From Candidatus Binatia bacterium (GTDB lineage Bacteria; Desulfobacterota; Binatia; Bin18), in the NCBI GenBank assembly GCA_963666315.2, contig CAXXHG010000022.1, positions 1 to 64,000 on the forward strand: DNA of 64,000 nt, read 5' to 3'. How positions within the stretch are numbered: the first letter of the stretch is position 1; every line of letters starts with the position of its first letter. A program made the translations under genes and the position numbers. Of this stretch, positions 1 through 9,814 are shown piece after piece. Below the pieces are notes generated by a model that made no database searches, had not been told where the DNA came from, and worked only from the letters and a program-made list of their open reading frames with translations.

Positions 1-888
1 GACGTCGACTTGGCCTGGAAGGCGATCGAGGCGCACATCGCGAAACCGATCGGTCTCGGTGTTCGCGAGGCGGCCGCGGGCATTCTCACCATCGTCAACT
101 CGAACATGGCTTCGGCCATTCGAGCGGTGTCGATCGAACGCGGCATAGATCCCCGCGCCTACGTGATGGTGGCAGGGGGCGGTGCCGGCGGGCTGCACGC
201 CGCCGAACTCGCGCGCATGCTCGGCATCGGGCAGGTCCTGATCCCGCGCTCCGCCGGAGGCATGTGCGCTTTCGGCATGGCCGTGACGCCGGTGCGTCAC
301 GACTACGTGCGCCTGCTCCACTGTCACACCAACCAACCCGGCGTAGCTCAAAAGATCCGGGACTTGTTGGAGGATCTCATCACCGAAGGCCGGACGCATC
401 TCGAGTCTGATGGCTTCAAGCCCGAAGAGATTCGCTTCGCACGCCACCTCGAGGGCCGCTATCCGGGACAGGTCCACAACCTCACGGTTCCGCTGCCCGA
501 GGGCGAGGTCGACGACGACCTCTTGCGCCGTCTCGAAGTGGTGTTTCACCAGGAGCACGAGAGGCGCTTTACCTATTCGATGCGCGATCAACCCATCGAG
601 GGCTTGCACTGGCGCATCGCAGCCACGGGCAGCCGGCCCGCCCCCAAAGGCCGGTTGAAAAAGACATCGGCCGGAGCGCCGAAACCCACCGGCAAGCGGA
701 TGGCCTACATGGCCGGGGGCAATGCTGAAATCGAGACTCAGATCTATCGGGGAGACACCCTCGCTGCGGGTGACCGACTCACCGGGCCGGCGATCATCGA
801 ATTTGCGACTACGACGGTGGTCGTCAACCCGGACGACAGGCTAACAGTGCAAGCTGACGGCAGCTCTTTGCTAACGATCGCAATCTAA
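1..888 (+). CDS. Hydantoinase/oxoprolinase family protein, N-methylhydantoinase A-like (C-terminal part; 5' end outside window)
   Basis: Motifs AIRAVSIERGIDPR, AGGGAGGLHA, GRYPGQVHNL and GPAIIEFATTTVVV are typical of HyuA/oxoprolinase alpha subunits; the frame is open from the window start. Confidence 0.9.
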   Translation, partial: DVDLAWKAIEAHIAKPIGLGVREAAAGILTIVNSNMASAIRAVSIERGIDPRAYVMVAGGGAGGLHAAELARMLGIGQVLIPRSAGGMCAFGMAVTPVRHDYVRLLHCHTNQPGVAQKIRDLLEDLITEGRTHLESDGFKPEEIRFARHLEGRYPGQVHNLTVPLPEGEVDDDLLRRLEVVFHQEHERRFTYSMRDQPIEGLHWRIAATGSRPAPKGRLKKTSAGAPKPTGKRMAYMAGGNAEIETQIYRGDTLAAGDRLTGPAIIEFATTTVVVNPDDRLTVQADGSSLLTIAI

Positions 889-915
889 GTTGAGCAAGTT
901 GAGCATGTTGAGCTA
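889..915. repeat. Short 9-bp tandem repeat (GTTGAGCAA/GTTGAGCAT/GTTGAGCTA)
   Basis: Three near-identical units immediately after the stop codon. Confidence 0.6.
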
Positions 916-1028
916 GACGTTAAAAAACCGTCACGAGCACCGGGAGACCAAGACGCGAGGAGATGAGGATGACGAGTCGCCGAACAACGCCGGTATCCCA
1001 AGCCCAGTAGGTTTTTAGGAGAGAAACC

Positions 1029-1775
1029 ATGTCGGGTGTCATAATCGTTACAGGAGGAAGTCGCGGAATTGGGGCCGCCATCTCGAGGCGGGCGGCGAAG
1101 CGCGGATTCGACGTATGTGTCAATTATGCGCGCGCCAAAGATCGTGCCGAAGAGGTGGTTCAAGACGTGATACAGGCCGGGCAGAGGGCGATTGCTGTGC
1201 AAGCTGACGTGAGTACGGAAACTGGCGTCGTCGAGCTGTTTCGCCAGACCGATGCTGAACTCGGCTCGGTGACCGCACTCGTGAATAACGCGGCCATCGA
1301 TTATGAGACCGCGATTGTCGATGCGGATCTTGAGCGTATACGCGGTGTTTTCAATCTCAATATATTTGCTGTCTTCGTCAGTGCCCGAGAGGCAATAAAG
1401 CGCATGTCAACCAAACGCGGTGGATCTGGAGGCGTCATCGTAAACGTCGGATCCATTGCGTCGCGCTACGGGGGGCTGCCCGGCGACGTCGTTTACACCG
1501 CGAGTAAGGGCGCGCTTGATTCCTTTACCCTCGGCCTTGCCAGAGAGGTCGGGCGCGAGGGCATTAGGGTCAGCTGCGTTCGGCCTGGGATTACGCGCAC
1601 CGAAATATTTGAAGCCAGTATCGGGATTGAGCGCGCGGAAGAGATCGCGAGAAAGAACACCGTGATGGGACGTATCTGCGAACCAGAAGAGGTCGCCAAC
1701 CTCGTAGTATGGATATGCACTGACGAGGCTTCCTATGTAACGTCGACTATCTACGACATCTCAGGCGGACGGTAA
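1029..1775 (+). CDS. Short-chain dehydrogenase/reductase (SDR)
   Basis: TGGSRGIG, NNAA and YTASK motifs; AGGAGA RBS. Confidence 0.95.
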   Translation: MSGVIIVTGGSRGIGAAISRRAAKRGFDVCVNYARAKDRAEEVVQDVIQAGQRAIAVQADVSTETGVVELFRQTDAELGSVTALVNNAAIDYETAIVDADLERIRGVFNLNIFAVFVSAREAIKRMSTKRGGSGGVIVNVGSIASRYGGLPGDVVYTASKGALDSFTLGLAREVGREGIRVSCVRPGITRTEIFEASIGIERAEEIARKNTVMGRICEPEEVANLVVWICTDEASYVTSTIYDISGGR

Positions 1776-1822
1776 ACGGGTCTTACGTGCTTCCTCCTCG
1801 CAAGAACGTCGCGGTCGGACAA

Positions 1823-1870
1823 TGTCATTCTGAGTGTAGCGAAGAATCTAGCCCCTGCCTCAGGATGACA
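1823..1870. repeat. Extragenic palindromic element (TGTCATTCTGAG...CTCAGGATGACA)
   Basis: Terminal inverted repeat with internal GCGAAGAATCT. Confidence 0.65.
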
Positions 1871-1882
1871 CTAGCCTATCTC

Positions 1883-1949
1883 GTAGGTCGGGTTAGCATA
1901 GCGTAATCTGACAACCGCCCTCGGTGCGTAGACCGCACCCTACGGGAAG
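1883..1949. repeat. GTAG-type REP doublet (BIME-like)
   Basis: GTAGGTCGGGTTAGCATAGCGTAATCTGACA followed by inverted GGTGCG...CGCACCCTAC GGGAAG; homologous copy at 51282-51349. Confidence 0.75.
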
Positions 1950-1977
1950 AAACGGTTTGATATAAGGAGCACCATCC

Positions 1978-3930
1978 ATGGCTAGCGCAATACATGAAAA
2001 CACTCCTCAGGATTCCATCCCTCACCCCTTACACCCTGTTACCCAAAGCGAGATTGAACAGGGTGTCAAAATCCTCAAGGAGTCCGACCAGCTAACCGGC
2101 CGTGTCGCCTTTTCGAGTGTCAATTTAGTTGAACCGGCCAAGGACGTGGTCCAGACATTCACTCCGGGTGACCCTATTTCACGCGTCTTGCGCTTTCTTG
2201 GTGTGGATGAACATTCCGATGAACATGCCAATGGCAGCCAGACAGCTAGTTTTGATGCGTGCGTCAATGTCAGCTCGGGAGAACTGCTCGAAATCCGACG
2301 TAACGCAGGTGCACAAGCCCCATATGGGGGAAGAGATTTTATCCAGGCTATCAAAATTACTAAGGCAGATGCGGCTTGGCAGCAGGCAGTCAGGAAACGT
2401 GGGATTAAGAATTTCGACCAAGTGCAGATCGACATGTGGCCGGGCAGCGGACCCGTAGCCGACGGAGTGGACGCAACTCACCGAATAATACGAACGATTG
2501 CCTTTTTGCGAGAGGACAAAACCGATAATGGCTACGCTCGGCCGCTCCACGGGATCATCGCCCACGTGGATCTTACCCAGGGACGGATGGCGCATCTGGA
2601 AGACCACGGCGTCACCACGATACCGCCCGAGAGCGGGCGGTATGAGGCTGCGAAGCAAACGTCGCTTCGGACTGACCTACAGCCTATCGCTATTACTCAA
2701 CCCGAAGGTCCAAGTTTCACTGTCGATGGGTATGGGGTGAAATGGCAGAAGTGGTCATTCCGGGTGAGCATACATCCCCAGCACGGCCTCGTATTGCACA
2801 ACCTGTGTTATAACGATGCAGGCGAAAAACGATCTATCCTATATCGCGCCTCACTGGCTGACATGGTCGTTCCGTACGGCGACAGCGATCCCATGCATAG
2901 CTGGAAACACGTCCTTGATGCCAGCGAAGCGTCAATCGGCAATTTGGCGAACTCTCTCAAACTCGGCTGCGATTGCCTGGGGGAAATTCGGTACTTCGAC
3001 ATCAGCACGGTCGCGTATGACGGCTCCGTCTATACGGTGGAGAACGCCATCTGCTTGCACGAAGAAGATTATGGCGTCCTGTGGAAGCACACGGACATCC
3101 ATTCCTTGACCACGGAGGTGCGGCGCTCGCGCCGTTTAGTCATCAGCTCTTTCTTCACGGTTGGCAACTACGAGTATGGCATCTTCTGGTATTTGTACAT
3201 GGACGGCAATATCCAGATGGAGATCAAGCTCACCGGCATTGTTGGCGTCAGCGCTGTTGAAACGGGGGCCGAACGCCCTGAGTTCGCACCGCTCATTGCC
3301 CCCAATCTCGCCTCACCGATCCATCAACATCTGTTTTGCTTTCGGCTGGATTTCGACCTGGATGGCGAGAACAACGCGGTGTATGAAGTCGATGTTGAAC
3401 CCGTTCCGCACGGGCCGGACAATCCGTATGGGACACAGTTTCGTGCCAAGAGTACGCTTCTTCGGTCTGAGACAGAAGCGCGCCGCAATATTGCCCCACA
3501 GTCGAGCCGGAGCTGGAAGGTCGTCAATCCACACCGCTTAAACCGGCTCGGCGTCCCCGTTGGCTATAAGCTGGTCGCGAGCGCAACACCCACGCTCTTC
3601 GCACACGCAAACTCCTACGTCGCTCAGCGAGCTGGGTTTGCCCAGCATAATTTATGGGTCACGGCGTTTAATCCGGACGAACTCGGCGCTGCCGGCGATA
3701 TGACTCCGCAAAGCACAGGCGGCGGGGGCCTTCTCGCCTACTCACGCGGACGCAACATCGAGAACACGGACGTCGTTGTCTGGCATACGTTTGGTGTGAC
3801 ACATATCCCCCGCCCCGAGGACTGGCCGGTCATGCCGGTTGAGTACGCCGGATTCACCTTGATGCCGGTTGGCTTTTTTGAGCGGAATCCAGCGTTGGAT
3901 GTCTCGCCCAGTAAACACGAGTGTAAGTAA
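1978..3930 (+). CDS. tynA: Copper-containing primary amine oxidase (TPQ)
   Basis: TVGNYEY TPQ-precursor motif, HQH and VTHIPRPEDWP copper-ligand motifs, LGCDCLG; AAGGAG RBS. Confidence 0.93.
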   Translation: MASAIHENTPQDSIPHPLHPVTQSEIEQGVKILKESDQLTGRVAFSSVNLVEPAKDVVQTFTPGDPISRVLRFLGVDEHSDEHANGSQTASFDACVNVSSGELLEIRRNAGAQAPYGGRDFIQAIKITKADAAWQQAVRKRGIKNFDQVQIDMWPGSGPVADGVDATHRIIRTIAFLREDKTDNGYARPLHGIIAHVDLTQGRMAHLEDHGVTTIPPESGRYEAAKQTSLRTDLQPIAITQPEGPSFTVDGYGVKWQKWSFRVSIHPQHGLVLHNLCYNDAGEKRSILYRASLADMVVPYGDSDPMHSWKHVLDASEASIGNLANSLKLGCDCLGEIRYFDISTVAYDGSVYTVENAICLHEEDYGVLWKHTDIHSLTTEVRRSRRLVISSFFTVGNYEYGIFWYLYMDGNIQMEIKLTGIVGVSAVETGAERPEFAPLIAPNLASPIHQHLFCFRLDFDLDGENNAVYEVDVEPVPHGPDNPYGTQFRAKSTLLRSETEARRNIAPQSSRSWKVVNPHRLNRLGVPVGYKLVASATPTLFAHANSYVAQRAGFAQHNLWVTAFNPDELGAAGDMTPQSTGGGGLLAYSRGRNIENTDVVVWHTFGVTHIPRPEDWPVMPVEYAGFTLMPVGFFERNPALDVSPSKHECK

Positions 3931-3981
3931 ACCGACCATTATTAATGGGAACCTATTGTAAGACGTGAGTCCTAATCTTGT

Positions 3982-5064
3982 TTATTTCTCTGATATTGTC
4001 AGTTTAGCTTCAACAATGTCCTCATCCATTTCAACATTATCACCCTCTTCTTGAACATCTCCTATATAGGCGGCCTTTCCGGTCGCGTGTTCGATAAGTG
4101 CTAGCAATCGTTTTTACCGGTCCTCCATGAAATCATCAAACTGATCGGAGCGTAAAAGCGATGGAACAATCAGATGAGAACTGAGATACGCATTAAGCCT
4201 CTCTCGCTCAATCGGTGGAGTTGTCGCGTCGCCTCTTTCCAGTTTGGCGAGATATTCCGATGGAGCCACCCCACCGATGATCCTGTTTGTACGGTAGGAA
4301 AGCGGAGTCCTATTAATAATAGAGTCAAAAACACCCGGCTTGATATTCTGTTTTTTGCACCAGTCTTGTGGAAAAACATGATGAATATCAACCTTCTCGC
4401 CAAAGAAGACTGTATGATAAAAATTCTGGCCAGAGCGAAAATCCTGCGCTCCTTCTTTCATCAAGAGAGCATTGACCCCTTTGTAGGCAGCAGACAAACG
4501 CATGCGCATAGTCTTCAATCTATCGGCGCGGAATATGGTCTCACTCACCGTTGCTGGCTCAGGTCCACCTTTCAACCAAGAAGGGACCTCCATAAAATCT
4601 CGTGCGATGCGCGAGTCGACTGCTGAACCATCAAGTTCACCAAATACGCCGTTCCAGTACCACCGTATGAGCTTAGCGCGATTCGCTTCGTGCTCCCAAG
4701 CATCGCCGATATCAGCGAGTATAGCTGCTAGGGGAATTATTTGCGATTGATAGGGGAGATCAAAGATACGATAAATATGCAGAGTGTGTAGGAATTTTGC
4801 TGCCTGTATAAAGCCGCGCTCCACTCCTGCCTCATACTGCTTGTACGCTTCAAGAGGCAAATTCAGCAATCCTTTCCGGTTACCAGTAACCGCTGGTAAT
4901 TCCTTGCCCTTTTTCCCCGCTTCCTCTGCCACTCGTCTCTTGTCTCTCGTATAGAAAAGGGAAATGGCCTGAAGAAAATCGGTACCGGCTACGTTAGCGA
5001 TGATCCCAACATCTTGTCCAGAAGGTCGAAGGCTTTCTGCAAAACGCCTACGTCGTCCGTTTCC
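3982..5064 (-). pseudogene. GmrSD/DUF262-DUF1524-type restriction endonuclease, 5'-truncated with a premature stop
   Basis: DIHHVFPQDWC...SIINRTPLSYRTNRIIGG HNH-like motif; TAA at 4114-4116 interrupts a frame that continues KRLLALIEHATGKAAY...EK to a stop at 3982-3984; the frame also extends upstream (GTDFLQAISLFYT) with no N-terminal domain; lower GC than flanks. Confidence 0.75.
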
Positions 5065-5486
5065 TCCCCGGAATTCGTGGGGGCCAGGTCTTTACCTTGC
5101 TACTTGAGGACTTTCCCAGTCCGCGCATTAGGATCGCATGAACTATCATCATTCCATGGCTGGAAGATTTGTAGACTTTCAATACCGGGCCAATCAGAAC
5201 AGTGAATAAAGCAGGGTGCCTAAGTAAGGAGAAAAGATGATTTCACCTACGGTGAATGGAACATAGCTTTGGCGTCAACCGTCGATGAACAAATAGCCTA
5301 CACAAGCTACAACAAGGCAGTAGGATGTACCCACCTAGTCAGATGGCCCGGAACGCAGGGCAGATATTTATCGAATTAGCCGACCTTGTGTCCGCCAGAG
5401 TCTCATGCCATCTTGCATGACTTAGTCGGTATTCTATTCGCACTGACACTGTCAGGGTCTGACACCGTACACGAGAAAGGAAGCTC

Positions 5487-6527
5487 ATGATCGTCAAAAT
5501 TTGGCAACTCATACAATATAGTCTCATGGCCGTGCTCCTTGCCGGCCTCATGGCACCACGTGCGCATGCCGAGGATTCCGCGCTTGAAGATGGGATATAC
5601 GCGGAATTCCAGACCTCGAAAGGTATCATTACGCTCCGCTTGGAATTTGAAAAGGCGCCGCTCACGGTAATGAACTTCGTTGGCCTGGCTGAAGGTGCCA
5701 AAGAATCGAACAAGCCTGAAGGCACTCCCTTTTACGATGGCACCAAATTTCATCGCGTTATTAAGGATTTCATGATCCAGGGTGGTGATCCGGAGGGAAC
5801 CGGCCGCGGTGGCCCAGGGTATCGCTTTCCAGATGAGATTGATCCGACGCTCACCCACGACAGTCCTGGAGTGCTCTCCTCGGCGAATGCGGGTCCGAAT
5901 ACGAATGGCAGTCAGTTTTTTATTACCCACAAGGCTACACCATGGCTGAACGGCAAACACGCAGTCTTTGGACGCGTTATCAAGGGGCAGCATGTCGTCG
6001 ATGCCATTGCCAAGGGCGATGTGCTGGAGAAAGTCAAAATTATCAGGATTGGTGATCAGGCAAAAAAATTTAAAGCCGATCAGTCTACCTTTAACCGACG
6101 GCTCACTGCTATGACAGCAGGAAAGAATGCTGCGGATACAAAGGCGCTTGATGACGTTATGGCCGACTTAGAGCAGCGGTATCCCGGCAAACTACACACC
6201 ACATCTTCAGGGCTCACCTATGTCGTGGTCACCGCAGGCAGCGGTCCCAAGCCACAGCGTGGGACGAAGATCCAAGCCCATTACACGGGGAAATTGCTCG
6301 ATGGTACGGTCTTTGACAGTTCAGTGACCCGCGGCAAGCCGTTTGCATTCAACGTTGGTAGAGGACGGGTCATCAAAGGCTGGGATGAGGCATTAATCGA
6401 TATGCAAAAGGGGGAGAAACGTATTTTAGTGCTCCCGAGTCACCTCTCCTATGGTGATCGAGGAAGTCCACCAACCATCCCGCCGAAAGCGACCCTCATA
6501 TTTGAAGTCGAGCTTGTTGATTTCTAG
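5487..6527 (+). CDS. Exported dual-domain peptidyl-prolyl isomerase (cyclophilin + FKBP)
   Basis: Signal peptide ending AHA; cyclophilin FHRVIKDFMIQGGDP and NGSQFFIT; FKBP HYTGKLLDGTVFDSS, VIKGWDEA and LIFEVEL. Confidence 0.95.
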   Translation: MIVKIWQLIQYSLMAVLLAGLMAPRAHAEDSALEDGIYAEFQTSKGIITLRLEFEKAPLTVMNFVGLAEGAKESNKPEGTPFYDGTKFHRVIKDFMIQGGDPEGTGRGGPGYRFPDEIDPTLTHDSPGVLSSANAGPNTNGSQFFITHKATPWLNGKHAVFGRVIKGQHVVDAIAKGDVLEKVKIIRIGDQAKKFKADQSTFNRRLTAMTAGKNAADTKALDDVMADLEQRYPGKLHTTSSGLTYVVVTAGSGPKPQRGTKIQAHYTGKLLDGTVFDSSVTRGKPFAFNVGRGRVIKGWDEALIDMQKGEKRILVLPSHLSYGDRGSPPTIPPKATLIFEVELVDF

Positions 6528-6539
6528 GGTCAGGTCTGC

Positions 6540-7115
6540 TCACGCCGCCTTGTCACACTGACAGCTGACATAATGGCACTTCTGGCACAGCGGCAGAGGT
6601 CGCAGACCGGGGTGGGAGATGCTCTGTCTGGGGTCCACAAAATTTGTCGCAGCCTCCAGGTCTAGTGCCATCAGCGGTCTCTTAGCGCAGAGTACGCAGC
6701 CCTTGGTTCTGATGTTATTTTCAATGCACAAACGCAAAAGCATTGTAGATCGACAGCCTATGGTCCGAGAAGACTCCATCCCAAAAAAATGAAAGCCCGT
6801 CCCATGCCGATTGGTGACATAATCCAACCGCGTCCCGTGTAGATGCTGGGCGCTGGTGGGATCCAGGAATGCGGTCATCCCATTCTGCACGATCACCTCG
6901 TCATCCGTGCGGGCGGCCTGTTCAAGATTCAGACTGTACTGGAATCCTTTGCAGCCTCCGCCCTCTACAGTCATACGAATACCGCCGCCTTGCATTCCTT
7001 TCTGCTGCATGGCCTGCTGAATCATCTCTACGGCTTTGTCGCTAAAGGAGAGTGGCGCCGCCAGTGGCGCTGCCGGTGTCTGGCCTTGCTTCTCGGACTG
7101 TAGATCTTGACCCAT
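6540..7115 (-). CDS. HesB/IscA-family Fe-S carrier with an atypical Cys-rich C-terminal extension
   Basis: IRMTVEGGGCKGFQYSL and LDY...GFHF core; canonical CGC replaced by IGC, followed by CVLC, CQKC and CQC. Confidence 0.8.
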   Translation of the reverse strand: MGQDLQSEKQGQTPAAPLAAPLSFSDKAVEMIQQAMQQKGMQGGGIRMTVEGGGCKGFQYSLNLEQAARTDDEVIVQNGMTAFLDPTSAQHLHGTRLDYVTNRHGTGFHFFGMESSRTIGCRSTMLLRLCIENNIRTKGCVLCAKRPLMALDLEAATNFVDPRQSISHPGLRPLPLCQKCHYVSCQCDKAA

Positions 7116-7145
7116 ATTCCTCCCCCGTTTTGGTCAGCGCCGGTG

Positions 7146-8345
7146 TTAAGCCGCACACGAGGCAGCGAGGCTAGACAGCGCGACTCGGCGACGACCTTCG
7201 CGTATATCATTCCGATCAAAACCATTAGTGAGATAGCCGAACGAAATACCGGTGGCCGGGTCGGCCCAGCCACTCTGACCACCAAAACCAGGATGTCCAA
7301 AGGCTTCGGCCGAATTGGTGCGTCCAAAGCCGCGCATATTGGCCTTTCCGTCCCCACCGGCCACGGCAATGCCTAAAGCACGATGAGCGCGGTGGCCGAG
7401 AAACGGGTCTCTGAGATCTCCAGTTCGGACGCGGCGTGCCTCACGCAGCATTTCGGGCTGCCAAATCGCGGCTCCGTCATGGGCACGTCCATCGTTCAGC
7501 AAGGCCTGATAAAACAGCGCGATATCACCAGCAGTGGTGATGCAACCAGCTGAGGGTGATCCGGCTTGCCGGGTCACAGTTTCGTTGAGCTCCAGCACCC
7601 CGTCCTCGTTGATCGCGCTCGTGGTGGCACCGAAACCTTTCATCCCCATCTTTTCGTAATCCTCGGCGGTCAGGGCTACTCCGACCCAGACCAGATCTGC
7701 AACCTGGTCGTTGCCGGACGGGGGAAGTCCGAGCCTTAGATCCGGTAATCCCAGGGGTTCTGCGATACGCGTACGCACGAATTCACTCAGGTCCTGTCCA
7801 CTGATTTTCTCGATGATAGCAGCCACCGGCCAGAAGTTGGCGGAAATATGGTACACAAATTTCTCACCTGGCGTATGGTCTAACCGCCACTGGCCAAAAC
7901 GGTCCAACCGTTTCTTGTGGTCGGCCCATTCCTTTTGCCAATGCGGGGCATACGGGATGGCCGAGGTGTGAGTCAGCAATTGCTCGACGGTTACGACGTC
8001 TTTACCGTTGGCGCCAAATTCAGGAATAAAGTCCACAACGCGGTCTTCAGGACGCAGTTTCCCCTCCTGCAGCAGAAGCCAGGCTGAGGCTGAGGTAAAC
8101 GCTTTGGTCGAAGACATGATGACAAAGCGGGTCTCATTGGTGGCAGGCTTCTCCGTCCCCCCTTGGACCGCACGCCCGAAGGTTTGCATTGCACCAATCT
8201 TACCGTTACGCGCAATGGCCACCTGCGTTGCCGGCAGTAAACCTTCTTTGACTTCTCGCTCGGCGCGCGTAAAGAGTGCCTGGACTTTCTCCGGATCGAG
8301 ACCGACCTCTTCGAGATTATCTGCAAAAAAATGGGCTGCTAGCAT
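7146..8345 (-). CDS. Serine hydrolase, beta-lactamase/class C esterase family
   Basis: SSTK, LLTHTS, FVYH and FGHPGFGG motifs; start set at ATG 8345 after GGAGGG RBS. Confidence 0.9.
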   Translation of the reverse strand: MLAAHFFADNLEEVGLDPEKVQALFTRAEREVKEGLLPATQVAIARNGKIGAMQTFGRAVQGGTEKPATNETRFVIMSSTKAFTSASAWLLLQEGKLRPEDRVVDFIPEFGANGKDVVTVEQLLTHTSAIPYAPHWQKEWADHKKRLDRFGQWRLDHTPGEKFVYHISANFWPVAAIIEKISGQDLSEFVRTRIAEPLGLPDLRLGLPPSGNDQVADLVWVGVALTAEDYEKMGMKGFGATTSAINEDGVLELNETVTRQAGSPSAGCITTAGDIALFYQALLNDGRAHDGAAIWQPEMLREARRVRTGDLRDPFLGHRAHRALGIAVAGGDGKANMRGFGRTNSAEAFGHPGFGGQSGWADPATGISFGYLTNGFDRNDIREGRRRVALSSLAASCAA

Positions 8346-8568
8346 CTGCGTGTCCCTCCTTATATACTCACGCGCAGGCGGTGCGGATCGTATGTGTCTG
8401 GCTAGGTGTACCATATTCGCTGGGAGCACCCCAGACCCGAACTAGATCTGGACCTGACTTCGACCAGACTTCGATTTACGTAGACACGCCGATTATCGCT
8501 GCCAAGGCCGGAGACTGATCTCAGCTCGCACTACCCAGCGTTTAGCATTGAGCACAGGAGGAAATAGC

Positions 8569-9702
8569 ATGGCACTCACGTATAATAATATTATTGACGC
8601 AGACGGACATATCCTCGAACCCGCAGAGGCATGGGAGCGCTATATTGATCCCGCCTTCCGTGACCGGGCGTTGCGTATTTGCAAGCACGACGGTCGGGAA
8701 GTCCTAGAGATGAATGGCAAGCCGTCGCGTTTCTTCGATGTTCGCACGCTGTCTGGCCTGGGCGGTATGGGCAAAGACACCAAAGGGCTCGAGCAGATGA
8801 TGGAACAGCCTTATCCGGGCAGTGCCCCGTTTGGCTCTATGGACCCCAAAGAACGCGTTGCCCTCTTGGACCAAGAAGGCATTGCCAAAGCCGTCCTGTA
8901 CCCCAGCCTGGGTTTAACCTGGGAAGCTGAGGTTGACGACGCACAACTCTCACTTGCCTATGCCCAGGCCTACAACCGTTGGATTTGCGACTTCTGTTCA
9001 GACTCAGACGGCCGGTTGATTGCCATCGCGCATATTTCACTAGCTGATCCGGTCGCGGCCGCCGCTGAGCTTGAGCGCGCAGTACGGGCCGGTGCCAAAG
9101 GTGCGTTTGTCGCCCCGTATACGCTTACGCGCATCCCACACGCGCATCCCGATCACGACGCCTTCTGGACGAAGGCCCAGGAACTCGATGTGCCGGTCGC
9201 CATCCACCCCATGGCCGAGCATCCGAAGATTCGGACCTATCAGCGCTTCGACGGTATGGGCAAGGCGCGCTGGATGCAGAACGCTCTGGGTATGCAGGGA
9301 CCGCAGCAGGCGTTGTACGGCATGTTTCAGTGGGGTCTGTTCGACCGCTTCCCACAGATTAAAGTCATCCTGCTTGAGTCAGGCGCGGGTTGGATAGGGG
9401 CAGCCTTGGATCGCATGGACACGACGTATGAAACCAGCTTGGGCGATGGGGTGCCGCTCAAGGAGAAACCCAGCTTCTATTTTAAGCGCCAGTGCTGGAT
9501 TTCGGGTGACCCGGATGAACGCGCGCTGGCCCATATTATCGATTACGTTGGCAATGATCGCTTTTTCTGGGCGACCGATTATCCGCACTTTGATCATCCC
9601 GGCAATTATATGGAAGAACTCGAAAGCCTAGTGGAACTCCTCTCTGAGACAGCGCGAAACAATCTGCTCGGCGATAGTGTGGCACAGGTATACGGGATTT
9701 AG
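8569..9702 (+). CDS. Amidohydrolase_2 family metal-dependent hydrolase/decarboxylase
   Basis: IDADGH, VAIHP, LESGAGW and WATDYPHFD motifs; AGGAGG RBS. Confidence 0.92.
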   Translation: MALTYNNIIDADGHILEPAEAWERYIDPAFRDRALRICKHDGREVLEMNGKPSRFFDVRTLSGLGGMGKDTKGLEQMMEQPYPGSAPFGSMDPKERVALLDQEGIAKAVLYPSLGLTWEAEVDDAQLSLAYAQAYNRWICDFCSDSDGRLIAIAHISLADPVAAAAELERAVRAGAKGAFVAPYTLTRIPHAHPDHDAFWTKAQELDVPVAIHPMAEHPKIRTYQRFDGMGKARWMQNALGMQGPQQALYGMFQWGLFDRFPQIKVILLESGAGWIGAALDRMDTTYETSLGDGVPLKEKPSFYFKRQCWISGDPDERALAHIIDYVGNDRFFWATDYPHFDHPGNYMEELESLVELLSETARNNLLGDSVAQVYGI

Positions 9703-9703
9703 T

Positions 9704-9734
9704 TGTCGGGTTACGCTGCGCTAACCCGACCTAC
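9704..9734 (-). repeat. GTAG-type REP
   Basis: TGTCGGGTTACGCTGCGCTAACCCGACCTAC is an inverted copy of the 1883 and 51282 REP. Confidence 0.75.
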
Positions 9735-9814
9735 AGTTGCTGAACATCACCTACCGGCACGGCCTGTTTCCAGCTTCCTCGCCCCTTTGGGACGAGGGGG
9801 AAGAAGAGGCAGAC

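Noticed and set aside
7146-8345. Antibiotic-resistance calls (beta-lactamase here; virginiamycin B lyase at 18788)
   Set aside because: Only fold-level similarity. Context and domain architecture fit general esterase or redox functions.
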